Assembly (NCBI GenBank): GCA_036139835.1
Contig: JAYZYW010000012.1
Coordinates: forward strand, 1-57,929
Source of the DNA: Bacteroidota bacterium
Lineage (GTDB): Bacteria > Bacteroidota > Bacteroidia > Flavobacteriales > BACL11
Direction: 5' to 3'
Length of the DNA: 57,929 bases
The translations under genes and the position numbers were made by a program. The notes under the pieces were generated by a model, which worked only from the letters and a program-made list of their open reading frames with translations, was not told the origin of the DNA and did no database searches. Each line of letters starts with the position of its first letter. Positions within the stretch are counted from its first letter, which is position 1. This document shows, piece after piece, positions 57,290 to 57,929 of the stretch.

Positions 57290-57929
57290 CTATTGTAATA
57301 TCAATTTCTTGTTAATCACCCCATTATCTGTCTCTATCTCTAAGAAATAGATTCCTTTTGCTTTATTACTTAGGTCAATCTGTTTTGTGTACTCCCCAAT
57401 GAATTGTTGTAGGTCTTCACTTATAAGTTGCTCTCCTATTACATTTAGTATTCTAACCTTTAAGTTTTGTTTTTCTTCTGTTGTAAAAGTGATATTGAAA
57501 ATATCTCTACTTGGGTTAGGGTAAATACTTAAGTTATCTATAGAAGAGTTCTCACTCTCTATTCTTATTAGAGTTCCTGGCTGAGTCCAGAAGATAAATG
57601 GTGACCACCATGATCTGTATCTGGAAATTGTTGGATGACAATAAGCTCTTGCACTAGCTCTGTAGGATTCTCCTGCAACTAAACCAAACTTAACAACAGA
57701 TAGTGTTGGATAATATATACCAAAACCTCCAGCAGTAAACCAAGAAGAACCAACTGTATCTACTCTTATTAATACTCTAGCATAAGTGTATGCACCTGTA
57801 GTATCCCAAGTAAATGCAGCTTTAGTATGATTACCACTAAAAGTCTGTACTGTTAAGTTAGTTAAATCAGGACAAGCTGCAGCTGTAGTGAAAGTCTCTA
57901 TTGGAGAGTAGTAAGAACTTTGTCCTCCA
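57290..57929 (-). CDS. C-terminal part of a secreted protein ending in a T9SS type-A sorting domain. The 5' end runs off the window end and is in frame with 1..2804.
   Basis: My reverse translation reads ...AYTYARVLIRVDTVGSSWFTAGGFGIYYPTLSVVKFGLVAGESYRASARAYCHPTISRYRSWWSPFIFWTQPGTLIRIESENSSIDNLSIYPNPSRDIFNITFTTEEKQNLKVRILNVIGEQLISEDLQQFIGEYTKQIDLSNKAKGIYFLEIETDNGVINKKLILQ*. The stop is the complement of 57290-57292. Confidence 0.8.
   Translation of the reverse strand, partial: GGQSSYYSPIETFTTAAACPDLTNLTVQTFSGNHTKAAFTWDTTGAYTYARVLIRVDTVGSSWFTAGGFGIYYPTLSVVKFGLVAGESYRASARAYCHPTISRYRSWWSPFIFWTQPGTLIRIESENSSIDNLSIYPNPSRDIFNITFTTEEKQNLKVRILNVIGEQLISEDLQQFIGEYTKQIDLSNKAKGIYFLEIETDNGVINKKLILQ
57789..57929. 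repeat. Terminal 141-bp exact duplicate of positions 1-141
   Basis: tatgcacctgtagtatcccaagtaaatgcagc...gtaagaactttgtcctcca is identical at both ends of the window. Confidence 0.95.

Noticed and set aside
1-57929. Genuine small plasmid or minichromosome
   Set aside because: I recognise no replication initiator, partition or transfer genes. The content is core metabolism plus chromosomal surface proteins. The terminal overlap lies in a repeat-rich gene, so an assembly explanation is at least as likely. It is reported as a finding to verify rather than as a claim.

Overview
This is AT-rich Bacteroidota-type DNA, probably Flavobacteriales-like. Supporting signs are several proteins ending in T9SS-type C-terminal sorting domains, a split transketolase, a BatA-type protein and TonB/OM barrel genes. 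About 75% of the window is ordinary chromosome. It holds housekeeping genes (split transketolase, class-III aminotransferase, pcm, sucC, a 3-hydroxybutyryl-CoA dehydrogenase, dihydroorotase, a LolD-like ABC ATPase) and very large secreted proteins (S8 peptidase, M4-like metalloprotease, FG-GAP/LamG protein, lamin-tail-domain protein). The unusual part is a ~14 kb block at 39,977-54,039 with 13 tightly packed genes, all on the minus strand, and no integrase, methyltransferase or phage structural genes. It contains: (i) a Z1-domain SF2 ATPase, a MORC/MutL-like GHKL ATPase and an overlapping single-HKD PLD nuclease; (ii) a RadA/Sms-like RecA-fold ATPase fused to a clear ribosomal protein bL12 (L7/L12) C-terminal domain; (iii) a very tightly spaced seven-gene run, probably one operon, of DUF932-like, small ORF, RmuC-like coiled-coil nuclease, small ORF, a second paralogous GHKL ATPase, an overlapping DUF4338 (DruA)-like protein, and a small ORF. 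I read this as one or more candidate anti-phage or mobile-element conflict systems that match no canonical architecture I know. All family calls come from motif recognition by eye and need HMM or structure confirmation. Other observations: the last 141 bp are identical to the first 141 bp and close a single gene in frame, which is either a circular-contig signature or a repeat artefact. A short motif (core GTCGGGATGAGAGGA) occurs in at least six intergenic regions, always in the same orientation. Several genes carry near-identical tandem coding repeats. I found no rRNA genes, bona fide tRNA genes or CRISPR arrays.
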